Assembly: GCA_024704765.1 (NCBI GenBank) | Contig: JAKMXF010000221.1 | Span: 1 to 64,000, forward strand | Direction: 5' to 3' | Origin: Oopsacas minuta | Taxonomy: Eukaryota > Animalia > Porifera | DNA: 64,000 nucleotides | Shown here: in pieces, positions 14,607 to 27,175 of the stretch | Position numbering within the stretch: the stretch's first letter is position 1 | Layout of the letters: each line of letters starts with the position of its first letter | Position numbers and translations under genes: made by a program | Notes under the pieces: generated by a model | What the model saw: the letters and a program-made list of their open reading frames with translations, nothing else | Database searches by the model: none | Told to the model about the DNA's origin: nothing

Positions 14607-16418
14607 TCATGTATCTTTACGAGGTTTGGTCTTCTTTGTTCTCTTCCTTACAGCGGGGCTATCAGAAGGGTCAGCTGGGATAGAACCAGTTGCTCCTTCA
14701 TCGTCTGGAGAGTCTCTATCATCAGAGGTATTAATATCCCTCTTAGAAGTAGGAGATGATTTAGGTGATGGTTCGGCTCCTTCAACTGGAGGAGGAAGCT
14801 CTGATAATTCTGAGCTATCAGTAGCAACAGGTTCACTTGATTTTTGTGGAGTATCTGTTTGTTGTGGAGTAGGTTTAGGTGTCCGCTTCTTCGTAGGACA
14901 CAGACAACAGCATAGGACAATAGGTAGGACTATAGCAGCAGCATACACAGCCCATAAGTATGGTTGGTCATTAGCTAAATCCACAAAATAATCCATGTAT
15001 GAATTCAGAGATCTCTCTCCTCTGGCATCCTTCTCAATATCATATTTTATCATCCATCCATCTTTGAGGAAATAATTACCAGCTTGTAATGAGTCAGTTA
15101 GAATAATATTATCAAAAGCTATTCCCTCATTCATGGTCCATAGCTCAAATCCTACAGCTGCTATTGGAGTTAGTTTGAAGTATGGCTCTGATTCCTCGAA
15201 GTAGTTCGGGTTAGGGATTTGTCTGGGAGACCATATCCCGTTGTAATCAGGATTGTCAATCATTGGAGCTACCCACATCCCTTTATAGTTAGGATTGTGT
15301 ATCATAGCAGGTTCCCATTTGCCACACCCTACCTCTTCACAGAGAGGGTTTGAAATGTAGGGAGGCTCCCAATCTCCATCTTCGTCATCATCCCAGTCAT
15401 CAGGCCGTACTGCATCAGGGTCTGGTATTTCAGAGGGAGCATCTTCATCCCATTCTGCTGGTTTAACCGCGTTTTCATCTGGGATTAATTTAGGTGCGTC
15501 TTCGTCCCAATCCTCTGGTTTAAAAGCTTCTGGATCCTGTATCGTCTCCCGCTCGTCCCATTCCTCAGGTTTCTGGTCTTTAGGGTCAGCTATCTCCTCT
15601 GGCGGCTGGATAGGGGGTCTCATGTCTGTTTTGATGTTCCCATTCATCTGACTAACAAGGTCAATTGAAACATCAAAGTCTCCATTTGAGTGAAGTATGA
15701 GTTGAAGTGCGTGAGTTTTCTTGTCTGAAAAGAAGCTTGTATCACTAACCTTCTTATCACAATGTTTCTCTTCGTATTCTCCTGTAATAGGGTTCTTGTA
15801 ACGTAATATGAAGTGTACCTGATAAATATATAAATACAGTTAGTAAACAATACACTAAAAACATTAATTAAAAATATCTACTAGCTAGGAACCTACCTTA
15901 CTATCAACTCCACATTTATCAGGTCCAAACATTATTGTATAGCCAGTTTGGTCATGGAATTCCTTCAAGTCAAGTCCATCTTGTTGAGAAATCAACTTCA
16001 AGTATGCACCCCCACATTCTAACCCCTGTTGGAAGTTAACCTCATACTGGACAACGAATGTGTCATCTTGGAATGTAAAGTGAGTATCAAGAGGTGCTGA
16101 TATGGCGTAATGTTTAGCTTGATCTTTCATTACCAAGTAATTATCTCCAGGCCATGTACCAGGTACTGATAACTCAGATAGGTAAAACACCCCATCATAT
16201 TTCGCAATATTAGCATCTCCCTGTTTCTTTTTTGTCTCAGAATACACCCATTTAGATTTGAACTCCTCATGATCTGTAAACGTTTCTACGAAATACACAT
16301 TAGCAGTATCTTGTACAGTAGGAGGGGAAAATATTGGGATCTCTCTCTCACAATGGGAGGGTGGTAAAACCACAAAGAGGCACACCACCACCGCCAACAA
16401 CAACATTTTATGAATCAT
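14607..16418 (-). CDS. CANX: Calnexin (2 exons: 16418-15897 and 15818-14607)
   Basis: Signal peptide, KHYAIS, ECGGAYLKL, YTIMFGPDKCG, P-domain repeats (DPEAFKPEDWDED, GDWEPPYISNP), TM followed by Cys cluster LCCCLC, basic C-terminal tail. Confidence 0.97.
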
Positions 16419-16944
16419 CTATTTGTTCACTACCAGCTAGATATATGAAGATGTATATAATAGACCCAATCAGAATCTTACAAATATATTAAGGCTGAAT
16501 AATTCCAGTAGAATTATAAGATTAGTATTGAATTACTATGCTGGCAGGGAAGAGATAGTAGTGAATGGATTAGTAAGTCAAGCTTGTAACTTATAATATC
16601 ACTTCAAGATATTCAATGAGAGCATGAAATTAATTCGTAATTCAATCACTCTGAGTTTATTTAAGCTATGGTCATGATTAAGACAATAGCAATTACTGGA
16701 ATATTTGGCTGACAACTGTGAATTATACACTGGTACTAAGATTTTGCATATACAGCTCTTCATAACCTATAATGGATATTATTGTGTTCTCCATATACAG
16801 TTCTGACGGGATCATTAACTACTCTAAAGCGTATAAAATTCAAGATTTACCAACATTTTCTATTCTTAAAAGCTAAAATACAAGCTAAATATAATGAATT
16901 CTTCAGCACAATCAACATAATGAGCTAACAGTCAAAATAATGAG

Positions 16945-17913
16945 CTAATCTCGTTTCGAAGACAAATTGTAGTTCCATAGAGAAAATGTGTATCGTATTC
17001 GAATAAAAAATATGTCACGTGCCATTTGTAGCCAACTGAATACAGGCACGATTTTAGACCCATCCACCTCCTTCCAATTAACTGCTACCTCTTCAATGGG
17101 TATTTGCAGTTGCTGGGCAATATAAAGCACTTCTACGTCGAAAGCCCATCTTTCTACATGAATACATGGAAATATCCTAGCTGCAGCTTTTCTAGTGAAT
17201 AGTTTGAATCCGCACTGAGTATCCTTGATTTTCTTTACACATAAAATAAACACGCAAAAGTGGAAGACATACATTAAGAAGTTCCTCACAAAGCTTCTGG
17301 TCGCAACAGCGTCTTCCAACAAATGAGAACGGGATCCAATTGCCATCCCTAGTCCATCTTTCGTAATTCCACGGAGTTTCTCTTCTACTCTGTCCAGGTC
17401 TCGGATATCAGTAGCAGCGTCTGCATCAGCAAACAGTATAATGCATCCTCTGGCGGATAGAGTACCTAATCGGACCGCTCCTCCCTTACCTCTGTTCTGC
17501 TTCAGTGTCAGAACTCTGATTTTATCACTCCCATACCGAGAGGAATAGCCAAGAGCTACCTCTGTAGTCCTATCAGTACTACCATCATCAACTACAATTA
17601 TCTCATAAGTATAGTCAGGTTCTTGTTTCGCACGAGTTATTAAATATTCCATAGATTCGTCTAGCATTATCGGGAGTCTCTGTTCCTCCATATAAGAGGG
17701 CACGATTATACTGAGGTGTAGGGAGGGAGGATCATTTATGGATGGAAATGGGATCCTATTACCGCTAAGAGGATCAATAAATGATTTCTCCAAATCGTGT
17801 CTTTGAATATTTGGCTGTGCACGTGTTGTCACTCTCAAGTAGATGTATAGAAGTATAAATGGGGATATTACGAGAATAAAGAAATATAAGAATAGTGTGC
17901 TGAGATCTAACAT
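16945..17913 (-). CDS. ALG5: Dolichyl-phosphate beta-glucosyltransferase, intronless
   Basis: N-terminal TM, LSIIVPSYMEEQRLP, YEIIVVDDGSTD, NRGKGGAVR, FADAD, AIGSRSHL, DTQCGFKLF, ERWAFDVE, VNWKEVDGSK. Confidence 0.97.
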   Translation of the reverse strand: MLDLSTLFLYFFILVISPFILLYIYLRVTTRAQPNIQRHDLEKSFIDPLSGNRIPFPSINDPPSLHLSIIVPSYMEEQRLPIMLDESMEYLITRAKQEPDYTYEIIVVDDGSTDRTTEVALGYSSRYGSDKIRVLTLKQNRGKGGAVRLGTLSARGCIILFADADAATDIRDLDRVEEKLRGITKDGLGMAIGSRSHLLEDAVATRSFVRNFLMYVFHFCVFILCVKKIKDTQCGFKLFTRKAAARIFPCIHVERWAFDVEVLYIAQQLQIPIEEVAVNWKEVDGSKIVPVFSWLQMARDIFFIRIRYTFSLWNYNLSSKRD

Positions 17914-18850
17914 CGCTCAGATATCTACGTATTCTAGCAAAAATACACTTATGAATTATGAGTTTACTTATACACCGATGATCGGTAAACTTACACACGA
18001 TAGTTAATTATATACAATATATATTATACTAATCCTACAGAAGTTTGAACACAAATATTATTTGGAAAGGTTAGTCGGATCAGGATTGAATCTATTTCAT
18101 TTTCTTCGCCTTTTAGAAAATTAATCAACACTTTTTTCGCTTTTAAGAAGGAGAACCCTTACTAAGAGGAATTTTAGGATTCTGTATAATCATTTCTTGA
18201 TTTGATGGCATAGTACGAGGTGCTAATATGTGCGTTTTGCTGTATGTAGATATTCCTGATATTTGCATTAATTCTGTTCTCACTTTTTCAGTATTTTCCA
18301 CGGTTAAAGAAACTATTCTAGTGATATCCTTGAAATCATTAATAAGAAGTGTATATCTTTCGTCTTTAATCTGTGAAAATGTGGAACGTTAGGTTCAGGT
18401 ACCCGACGATTAGTAGTTATTAGCTCATTTACTAAATTGCTCTTTTGTCTCTCAACTTTAACTAACCAAATATTGTATATGGTATTATCAGGTATTTTGG
18501 TTATGTTCTTATGTAGATATAAACGTAAAATATGCTGACATGTGAATTTCCTCAACAAGTGGAGAAAAGGCAAATAATGAGAGTGTCTTAGGGTTTCGGA
18601 ACTACTAGTTATCTCAGAGGGTAAAGAGAGATCGCAAGCATTAATGTGATCACTCTAAACAAGTGTCTCTGAATCTTGAAGATACGACCTAAAGGAGATT
18701 CAATGTGTTCATTAGCCCATTCCGGCTAACAAGAGAACATTTCGCAGCTATACGCACTATTATCATCACCTAATAGTTCTTTTACAGTAAACTACATGCA
18801 GAGTGATAATTATGATTTAACAAATCATAAATATCATTTTCTTTGATATA

Positions 18851-19024
18851 CAGTGGAGTCTCCCAATAAAGACACATTGGGGATCAGAATTTGTCCTTTG
18901 TAGGTGAGATGTCCGACTTCTCAGAGATTGATTAAGTATTATTTAACTTATTTCGTTCCACTAGCTTGTCCGTTGTAGAGGTGTCGTTCGCTTTTCGGGG
19001 TGCCCGTTTTGGGAGACTCCACTG
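18851..19024. mobile_element. Tc1/mariner (pogo-like) MITE, 174 bp
   Basis: Perfect 16-bp TIR cagtggagtctcccaa at both ends, extending imperfectly to 25 bp. TA target duplication at 18849-50 and 19025-26. Confidence 0.92.
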
Positions 19025-19796
19025 TAATGTTTCTATTGGATGTTGACCAGAACCTATAGAAAATGGTTTAAGAGCAAGTCGGGTCGCTTTACCTTCTCCT
19101 CTCTCAGATATACTCTGGCAATATTCCTCAAATTTCCCTGCAACATCCGTTAGGAGTGTATGTGAGCTAAGAAAATGTTAAATAGCTGCAAGAATTGACT
19201 CGGATCGTTGTGCGAAATATACCCCTAGTGTCAAATATTTCTATGTCCACCTTGAAAGCCAGTATTTTTCGTTCATACAAACTCTGCAACCATTTCATAG
19301 CAGAGTCTAATGTTTTTGTCAGTACTGTGCTCAACAGAATTAAGTATTGTCAATAGATCATGCCACTCTTCATCAAAAATAATACATGATCAAGCATCTT
19401 GATATTTACAAATCTTCAAACAGCCACGGTAAAAACTGCTGGAAACTGTTGAATTATGCCAGATCTATCATATATTATGCCCGTATGGCAGCACTAGTAA
19501 GTATTTATATATCTCTACTTATAGTTGCAGACAGAAAGATAATAAATAAAGGCCAATTCGAAGATGGAAGCCCATCTGAATTGGCAAGAGGGGGTTCCAT
19601 TTGCCCATCCTAGATGCCTCAGGATGAAGTCTTAGTTAAAATTAAGAGGCAATTGAACAGAGAGTTATACATTATGCATGAATTCTTTTATTAGTATACT
19701 CTAGAAAATGATAGTCTAGTTTAATCTAGTATGAACTACAATCTCTCATAACAATCTAATCTAGCATAATTGCATTGTACTGTCTTCTAGGATATT

Positions 19797-22700
19797 TTAA
19801 CTACTCTTCTTACCAACTGTAAGAGCTTCTTTTGCAAAAATAGTTGCTACCTGAATAGCCTCATCCATAGCTTCAACCTTTGTACCAGTTCCTTGAGCCA
19901 CCATGTCTCTACCACCTCCCTTCCCATTAATAACTGGCATAACTCTGTGTACCCACTCACTCGCCTTCATACTACCCTCTTTGAGCTGTACAACAGACTT
20001 AGGTACATGTACATAACATATAATCTTATTTTGACCATCCTCTAGTCCAGAGCTCAGTAGTAATACAGGAGTTTGAGGGAAATCTGCTTTGAATTTCTTC
20101 ATTGATTCTTCTAAAGCTTTCATCATTGCACCTGCTTTAACAATGAATACCAAGAATTTATTATCTTTCTGTGCAGTGTCTATAATCTCTTGTGTGTGTT
20201 GTAGAGCTATTTTCTTTAGAGCGTTGTATTGCTCTCTCTCTGTCTTCTCAAACTTATCCTTCACTGAGTCTAATTTCTCTCTGAGCTCGTCTTTAAACCA
20301 AATAGGAACAAATTCTCTCTTGATACCGCCCTTACCATCTGCTCCTTCCTTCAGCTCGGATAGTTTGGTTAAAGCACGTTTCAGCGTTAATAAGTTGTTA
20401 CTAACTGCATCTTCTATATCCTTGATACCTTGAGTAATCCTCTTACCAAGACTAACAGCATTCTGACGGACAAGCACAGCCTCTCTTCCAGTAACAGCTT
20501 CTATTCGTCTCACTCCAGCAGCATTAGGCTCCTGACTCATTATAGCTAGTTCTAGTATGTGTTTGCTGTTACGGAGATGTGTACCTCCACACAACTCCAC
20601 TGAATATTGGAGAGCAGTAGGACCTGATGGATCCTGCATAATAGTATCAATGGGTATACCTATGGTTACCATACGTACCATTTCAGGGTATCCCTCCTCA
20701 AACATTGCCCTCAATCCCTTCACCTCTTTAGCACGAGCTAGTTCTATCTCTTGTGTGTAGACAGGGAACTCTGATCGGATCAGAGTTTGACACACCCCCT
20801 CAGTACTCTTCACCTGATCTGTAGTCATAGGTTGATCAGCCGTGAAGTCAAACCTGAGTCTGTCAGGAGCTACAAGAGATCCCCTCTGGTCCGCATTCCC
20901 AAGCACTGACCTTAGACCGAAGTTGAGAACGTGGGTACCAGTGTGGTTGTTCATAAGACCACGCCTCCTCTCCTCGTTCACATCTAAAGTAACCGTGTCT
21001 CCAACAGATATTGTCCCTTCAAGTTGTCCCACATGAATGACGTAACCCCCTTTAACCTGTACACGGTCTATTACAACTTCAACCTCCTCCCCCTTACTAA
21101 TGAACCCTGTATCACATAGCTGACCCCCGTTCTCTGCATAGAAGCATGTCTTATCTAATACTAATCCAACAGCCTGATTAGCAGCTGAGCCAACGAACTG
21201 TTTGTCTAGCAGTAATATAGCTAGTACTGTACCCTCACATCCAGCTAGCCTGTAATCTTCATTATCAGTCTCATAACTGTACTTGTATACGTCATCTGTT
21301 AGAGGTACTGAGTTGTTCTTGAGACTGTCTATTGAGTGTACATCTAAATCTATTCTTACTTCTTCCACATTGGTCTCTCCTCTGGCTATTGCTTGAGCTT
21401 TAAGTTTAGCAGATTCATAGCCTACTTGATCTATACACAGTTTTTTCTCCTCTGCCATTAGTCTAGTCAAGTCAAGAGGGAATCCATATGTGTCATACAT
21501 TTGCCATGCTAGGTCACCAGGTACAGACGTACTCCCGCTCTTTATTAGGCTGTCTGCCTTCTGGCTGAATACTTTCACACCCCTCTTGAGGGTGAGGAGG
21601 AACTGTCTCTCTTCTTTATCAATCAACCTTTGTAGGTCATCTGGACACTTGGTCACTTCTGGAAATACATCTCCTAGCATTGCTACTACAGAGTGCACGA
21701 GACTACCCAACACCCCTGGACTAGCATTCAGCTTCTCAGTAGCATATCTAACTGCACGTCTCAGTAATCTCTTCAGAACATATCCCTGTCCTGATTGATC
21801 AGGTCTACCCCCGTCTGAGAGAGTAATAGTTAAAGTACGTATGTGATCAGCTACTACTCTATAAGCCATATCAATACCATTTATATCTGCTTCTCCTACT
21901 AATCCACTGTAAGGAGCAATGCTACATTTCTGGGAAATCTCATGAAAAATAGGCTGAAACAGATCTGTGTCGTAATTGCTTCTCTTCCCCTGAATAACAG
22001 AGGTTAGTCGCTCAAAACCCATGCCTGTATCCACGTGTTTCTTAGGTAATAGCTTCAGAGAGTTGTCAGACTGTCTGTCAAACTGAATGAATACCAGATT
22101 CCATATTTCTAGAACATCTGGGTCATCCATGTTCACGAGGGGAGCAGCATCTCTGTCCCCAATTCTATCGAAATGTATCTCAGAGCATGGACCACATGGA
22201 CCTGTTTCCCCCATCTCCCAGAAGTTATCCCTCATATCGAATGGCAGAACTCTGCTCTCAGGGATTCCGATGTCCAACCAGATCTGCTTTGTCTCCAAAT
22301 CCGCATCTAGTCCGGACTTAGAATCTCCTCCAAAATACGTAACGTATAACCGCTCTCTGGGGATCTTATAAACATTAGTCAACAGGTCCCACCCCATTTC
22401 TATAGCCTCTCTCTTGAAGTAATCTCCGAATGACCAGTTTCCTAACATCTCGAAGAATGTATGGTGATACACGTCCTTACCAACATCATCTAAATCATTG
22501 TGCTTACCACCAGCACGTACACACTTCTGGCTGTTAACTGTACGCTTCCAGGTAGCCTTAGCACTACCAGGATCTACTCTACCTAGGAATATATCTTTGT
22601 ATTGATTCATACCTGCATTAGTGAATAATAGAGTGTTGTCATCAACTGGGATGGTGGAGGAAGAGGGTACGTATAGATGATCATGTTTATCTTTGAAATA

Positions 22701-22898
22701 GTCAATAAAAATAGATCGTATTTGTTTACTAGTCAGGTTGTGATCCATTCTTATTTGTTGTTTATTATTATTGTTGCTTGATAAATAAGGCTGTTGTTGT
22801 TGTTGTTGTTGTTGCTGACGGTAGATTGTAAACTTTGATGAATGAAGGGTTCTATTGAATCTATCAGTTATTAGCTTCAAGGCAGAGCCTATTGACAT
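19797..22898 (-). CDS. AARS1: Alanyl-tRNA synthetase (cytosolic type) with a 50-aa N-terminal extension, intronless
   Basis: LLFTNAGMNQYK, NSQKCVRAGGKHNDLDDVGKDVYHHTFFEMLGNWSFGDYFK, editing-domain motifs NHTGTH and ELCGGTH, and C-Ala GKGGG. Confidence 0.97.
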   Translation of the reverse strand: MSIGSALKLITDRFNRTLHSSKFTIYRQQQQQQQQQPYLSSNNNNKQQIRMDHNLTSKQIRSIFIDYFKDKHDHLYVPSSSTIPVDDNTLLFTNAGMNQYKDIFLGRVDPGSAKATWKRTVNSQKCVRAGGKHNDLDDVGKDVYHHTFFEMLGNWSFGDYFKREAIEMGWDLLTNVYKIPRERLYVTYFGGDSKSGLDADLETKQIWLDIGIPESRVLPFDMRDNFWEMGETGPCGPCSEIHFDRIGDRDAAPLVNMDDPDVLEIWNLVFIQFDRQSDNSLKLLPKKHVDTGMGFERLTSVIQGKRSNYDTDLFQPIFHEISQKCSIAPYSGLVGEADINGIDMAYRVVADHIRTLTITLSDGGRPDQSGQGYVLKRLLRRAVRYATEKLNASPGVLGSLVHSVVAMLGDVFPEVTKCPDDLQRLIDKEERQFLLTLKRGVKVFSQKADSLIKSGSTSVPGDLAWQMYDTYGFPLDLTRLMAEEKKLCIDQVGYESAKLKAQAIARGETNVEEVRIDLDVHSIDSLKNNSVPLTDDVYKYSYETDNEDYRLAGCEGTVLAILLLDKQFVGSAANQAVGLVLDKTCFYAENGGQLCDTGFISKGEEVEVVIDRVQVKGGYVIHVGQLEGTISVGDTVTLDVNEERRRGLMNNHTGTHVLNFGLRSVLGNADQRGSLVAPDRLRFDFTADQPMTTDQVKSTEGVCQTLIRSEFPVYTQEIELARAKEVKGLRAMFEEGYPEMVRMVTIGIPIDTIMQDPSGPTALQYSVELCGGTHLRNSKHILELAIMSQEPNAAGVRRIEAVTGREAVLVRQNAVSLGKRITQGIKDIEDAVSNNLLTLKRALTKLSELKEGADGKGGIKREFVPIWFKDELREKLDSVKDKFEKTEREQYNALKKIALQHTQEIIDTAQKDNKFLVFIVKAGAMMKALEESMKKFKADFPQTPVLLLSSGLEDGQNKIICYVHVPKSVVQLKEGSMKASEWVHRVMPVINGKGGGRDMVAQGTGTKVEAMDEAIQVATIFAKEALTVGKKSS

Positions 22899-24082
22899 AA
22901 GAGTTCGTGAATGGGACAGGAGAGATCCGATTCTATGAACAAGGAAAATACTCTCCCAAAGTTAATTAACGTAGGTTACAGTATAGTTAGGGTCGTTTAT
23001 AGTTTCCCCCACGACCCCCACGATGGGACCAAAATCCTATTCATAATGAAGAGAGATTTCATGATGATTAACTGAATTCAATACTAATGCCATGGGAAAA
23101 CGACCCTGTGTATATATAGCGACTGGTCACGGCTTAAAAATCAAAGAAAAGAATTTTGAGACTTTTTAAAACTTAATGAACTGATTAGATACAAATTAAA
23201 TGTGACAGCCATGTAATTAATACTTCAGTGGCTCAATTAATCAGTTATGAGTGTTGATATACAAGATTCAATAAAGTCGGTAACTAATTATACATTAAGA
23301 TGATTTAATGCAATCAATGCCATGTATACACCTCATCGATATTTCCTAATAATCCAATTCAAGAATTATGTACCTGAGCATTACAACTTCATGTTGAAAC
23401 AGATGAGGAGTTCATCTAAAAACATACATACTAGAATTCTGTTTTGAAATTCATCGCAGAACCCAGATTAAATCGTGAGAATCCGGGTATTAACAAGTAA
23501 TCAGTGGAATTTGTCAACAGATCGCGGTGAAAATAACTATTAATATATTTATTGGATCAAAGATCTTACCGAAATATGTACGAATCAGTTATAGAAAATT
23601 CTATCACAGTAAACTCCCGGAATATCGAACACGGGTATATCGAAGTCTAAAACTATACAAATAGTGGCCCAAGCCGTCAAATTGGTGGCAAGGTCCCCTA
23701 TTGTATCAAAATTTTGTATAATAACCTCCCTCGAGGAATAAGGTAAAAGCAAATAAGATTGACTAAAGTTTAATGTACATTTCTAAATGCATAAGAACTA
23801 CCTTCATATAATCTATATTCAAGTGTTGGTATGCACTGGTAATACAATTTAATAATGTATAAGAATATTAGAGTAGGAACAAGTTGGCATCTCAACATGA
23901 CAATAATTATTAGCCAATTAAAGTTGTTGATCATTTATACAAAAAGTCATTCAAGAATTAAGTCATAACATGGAACGATACAAAATAGACTGGTTAGTAA
24001 TACAAAGGTTGAGTTGTAAAATTGGGCACGGTCAGTTGGCCAACAGACAGATGCTTTAACAATACATATGTCGCTGGGGTCA

Positions 24083-25372
24083 CTATTTACGCGAAGAACT
24101 TACTAGTGAGTCCTCAATAATGCCCCCATCATCTTGACTACTATGTTTCAAGTCCTGGGAGTGTGAATTCGCCCCTGGACGCATATATGGGGGAAGGAGG
24201 ATATGGTTGAGACCCGGAGCAATCGATAACTCTCTTTCTGTAAAGTTAAACAGTTCCGGGAGAGGTCGTCCGTTGGGAAGTCTAGCGTCCGGAGCTCTGA
24301 GCTCATCGAAGAAGTTATGCGCGCAGGAGTCGAGGGGGTGTAGTCGTTTAGAGGGCGTGTACTCGAGCAGACGGGAGGCTAAGTTGATAGCTTCTGGAGA
24401 GGTACGAGGTCGGAATACCTTGTTCCAGGGGTGAGGTTTGATTTGTGGAAACTTGAACTCGGTGTAATTGGGATTCATTTCCATAATCTGTTCCTTACAA
24501 GGCGTGCCTAGGACCTTTATAATCTCCACCAACTGATCAACCCCAGAGTCTCCAGGGAATATAGGCTGACCTAGGAGAAGTTCTGCCATGACACAACCAG
24601 CTGACCAGATATCTATATGGGAAGTATAGTCCTGAGCCCCAAATATCAGCTCGGGAGCTCTGTAGTAACGACTACAGATGTATGATACATTAGGCTCTCC
24701 CTTTACTAGCTTCTTAGCACTACCGAAATCACACAACTTGAGCACTCCACTCTCTGGATCAAGTAACAGGTTCTGAGGCTTGATGTCACGGTGACACACC
24801 CCCATGGAGTGAATGTATGCGAGTGAACGGAAGACTTGATACATGTAGATCTTGATATAGAAGGGAGGAATGTTCTGCTTAGACTTGGCATAATGTCTGG
24901 CTACTTTGTACACAGTCTCTGGTACATATTCTAATACGAGGTTCAAATATATTTCTTCTCTCTTCTCTCCGTCTGTGTAGAAGAAATATAGGAGATTCAC
25001 AATATTACAATGGTCTAGTGTCCTCATTATTTGGAGTTCTCGATTTTTAAATCTTTTATCCTGTAATACTTTCTTTATTGCTACCAATTCTCCACAGTCC
25101 ACGAATCTAGCTCGGTATACGATGCCAAATGAACCGTTACCGATAACCTTCAGGTCAGAATAGACAATATCTTTCTGAATATCTGGAGGACCTCTGCCCT
25201 CGGTGGCGGTTATGGTTGTTATCTTAAAGCCTTTGTCATCTCGAACGACTTTGAGACCAAGATTTACTGAAGACCGGTTGCTAGCTTGTATTTCAGCGAA
25301 ACTGGTGGTCCTTGCCCTCCCGGATATGTCTCGAGTAGGTGCCTGGGGTTGAGGGAGACCGCGTGACGACAT
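24083..25372 (-). CDS. GSK3B: Glycogen synthase kinase 3, intronless
   Basis: [10 protein letters not shown] inhibitory Ser motif, [52 protein letters not shown]. Confidence 0.97.
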   Translation of the reverse strand: MSSRGLPQPQAPTRDISGRARTTSFAEIQASNRSSVNLGLKVVRDDKGFKITTITATEGRGPPDIQKDIVYSDLKVIGNGSFGIVYRARFVDCGELVAIKKVLQDKRFKNRELQIMRTLDHCNIVNLLYFFYTDGEKREEIYLNLVLEYVPETVYKVARHYAKSKQNIPPFYIKIYMYQVFRSLAYIHSMGVCHRDIKPQNLLLDPESGVLKLCDFGSAKKLVKGEPNVSYICSRYYRAPELIFGAQDYTSHIDIWSAGCVMAELLLGQPIFPGDSGVDQLVEIIKVLGTPCKEQIMEMNPNYTEFKFPQIKPHPWNKVFRPRTSPEAINLASRLLEYTPSKRLHPLDSCAHNFFDELRAPDARLPNGRPLPELFNFTERELSIAPGLNHILLPPYMRPGANSHSQDLKHSSQDDGGIIEDSLVSSSRK

Positions 25373-27175
25373 TATGAAATATTTATAAAATATGTTTTTG
25401 TAAATTAGTTATTTTGAGGTGTAGTAAGTAAGTCAGTAGACTCTGTATAAGTGGTAATAATGAGCCAAATGAAGTGGCTAATAGCTAATTCTTATACAAT
25501 AGTAGACATTTATTCATCAGAATATGTAATTTAGTAATATTATTTCGCAGGGACGAGATACTGCTCAAAAAACAAGAGAAGGTACACAAAAGAGAAAATA
25601 CTATCTGTAGCGATAAATATTATGTTTTGCCAAATAATTTACTATATATATTATACAAACAGACAAGTAATTGCAGACTATAACTTTGGTATACTGTGTA
25701 GGCAAGTATCATCATTTGTTAGGAAAGGGCAGACCACCAATGATAAGTATGCGTTCATTACCAGAGACTAATTATGAGCAATTGAATAGCATATAATTTG
25801 TAAAAACTATGGATGAGTATTTGCAATGATAATTGTCAAACTATTTTACTTGAAAATGGTCGTTTATTTCAAAATACATATAATGTTATATCTGTAAATA
25901 AGCAAACATACATCGCAACTCTAAAATATAGAAAGGATCCATGACCATGACTTATATACAAAACGCTATGATTCAGTATTTATATTCTAAGGAAAGAAGT
26001 CGATAAAAATGTGGAATAAATAAATCGATTAGAATGATAGCATTTCAAACGATACGATCTGTAGTTAGACAAGAGAGTGAACGTAATCCTAACTCAATGT
26101 GTTTGTGTTAAACCTTGGGAATAGCATTGATTTAATTAAACTCTCTCATTGTTCATATGATTCAACTATTAGGGCTGTTGGCTTCGGTCAAGTATTCTGT
26201 AGGTATCTTAGCAGTATCATACACATTACATGTGTAGTGATTTTAGTAATGTAATTTGAATATACACATTTTATTCCCAGGTTGAAGTTATTATTTCTAA
26301 GAAATTAGACACAAATTTAAAGGGGAGATTTGAGTGAACTTGCTGTAAAATGATCATAATATGAAAGCAAAATAAATTGTAATAGTAATAGTCTGTTCAA
26401 TGGTACAGTATGATTAACTAAACAATACCACGCCCATACGATGAAATGACAAACGGGGGTATATCATGATATAATCAATACAGATGCAATATCAACAACG
26501 AAAGAGTTTCAGGTCCAGAGTACTGTGTATTGCTAGCATGATATTTGTAATATTAATAAGACCCCTCTAATTATGTTAAACATAATTATTATTACACATT
26601 ATGGGTGTATGATGAGTTAAACTACCAAATAGTTAGCAAGGATATGCAATACTTATAGGTAAATCAGCTAGAAAAATGATGAATGATTCCTACGATAGTC
26701 CTAATATTTATTGACCCGGTTCACTTGGCCACTTCGCAACTTATACGTCATATCCATTATATATCTTGTGTTTAGATTGTTTTCTAAAACAAAAATAACA
26801 CAAATTGAAAATAACCGCCCTTATTGAATCAAATATTTGCAAAGAAGAAGGTTTTTAACTAAGGTGATTCTACATACTATAACAAACATGAAAATGTGAG
26901 TTTTCTGATCCTATTATAGATTACTTTAATATATTTATCAAAACCTGACAAACTGACAACAAACAGCAACAAGTGAGATTTAATAAATAGGTTGTGAGCA
27001 AAATAATATATATCTAAGGAAAAAATTGAAAACTAAACTAACTGATGCATTTGATTGAGTTAAAAAATAAATAGTTACGAGCTTATCAAATGAGAGCTGT
27101 TCTGTAATTAGTAAGTTGATCGTGTGAGTTAATTGCTAGTAAGTGATGAGTAAATTATAGAGTAATGGGAGGGGA

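Noticed and set aside
22989-23107. 10-bp inverted repeat agggtcgttt / aaacgaccct
   Set aside because: Too short and without a convincing TSD; possibly an old hAT remnant.
23607-23720. Pogo-like TIR start (cagtaaactcccggaatatcgaacac)
   Set aside because: No matching opposite end or TA pair found; at most a fragment.
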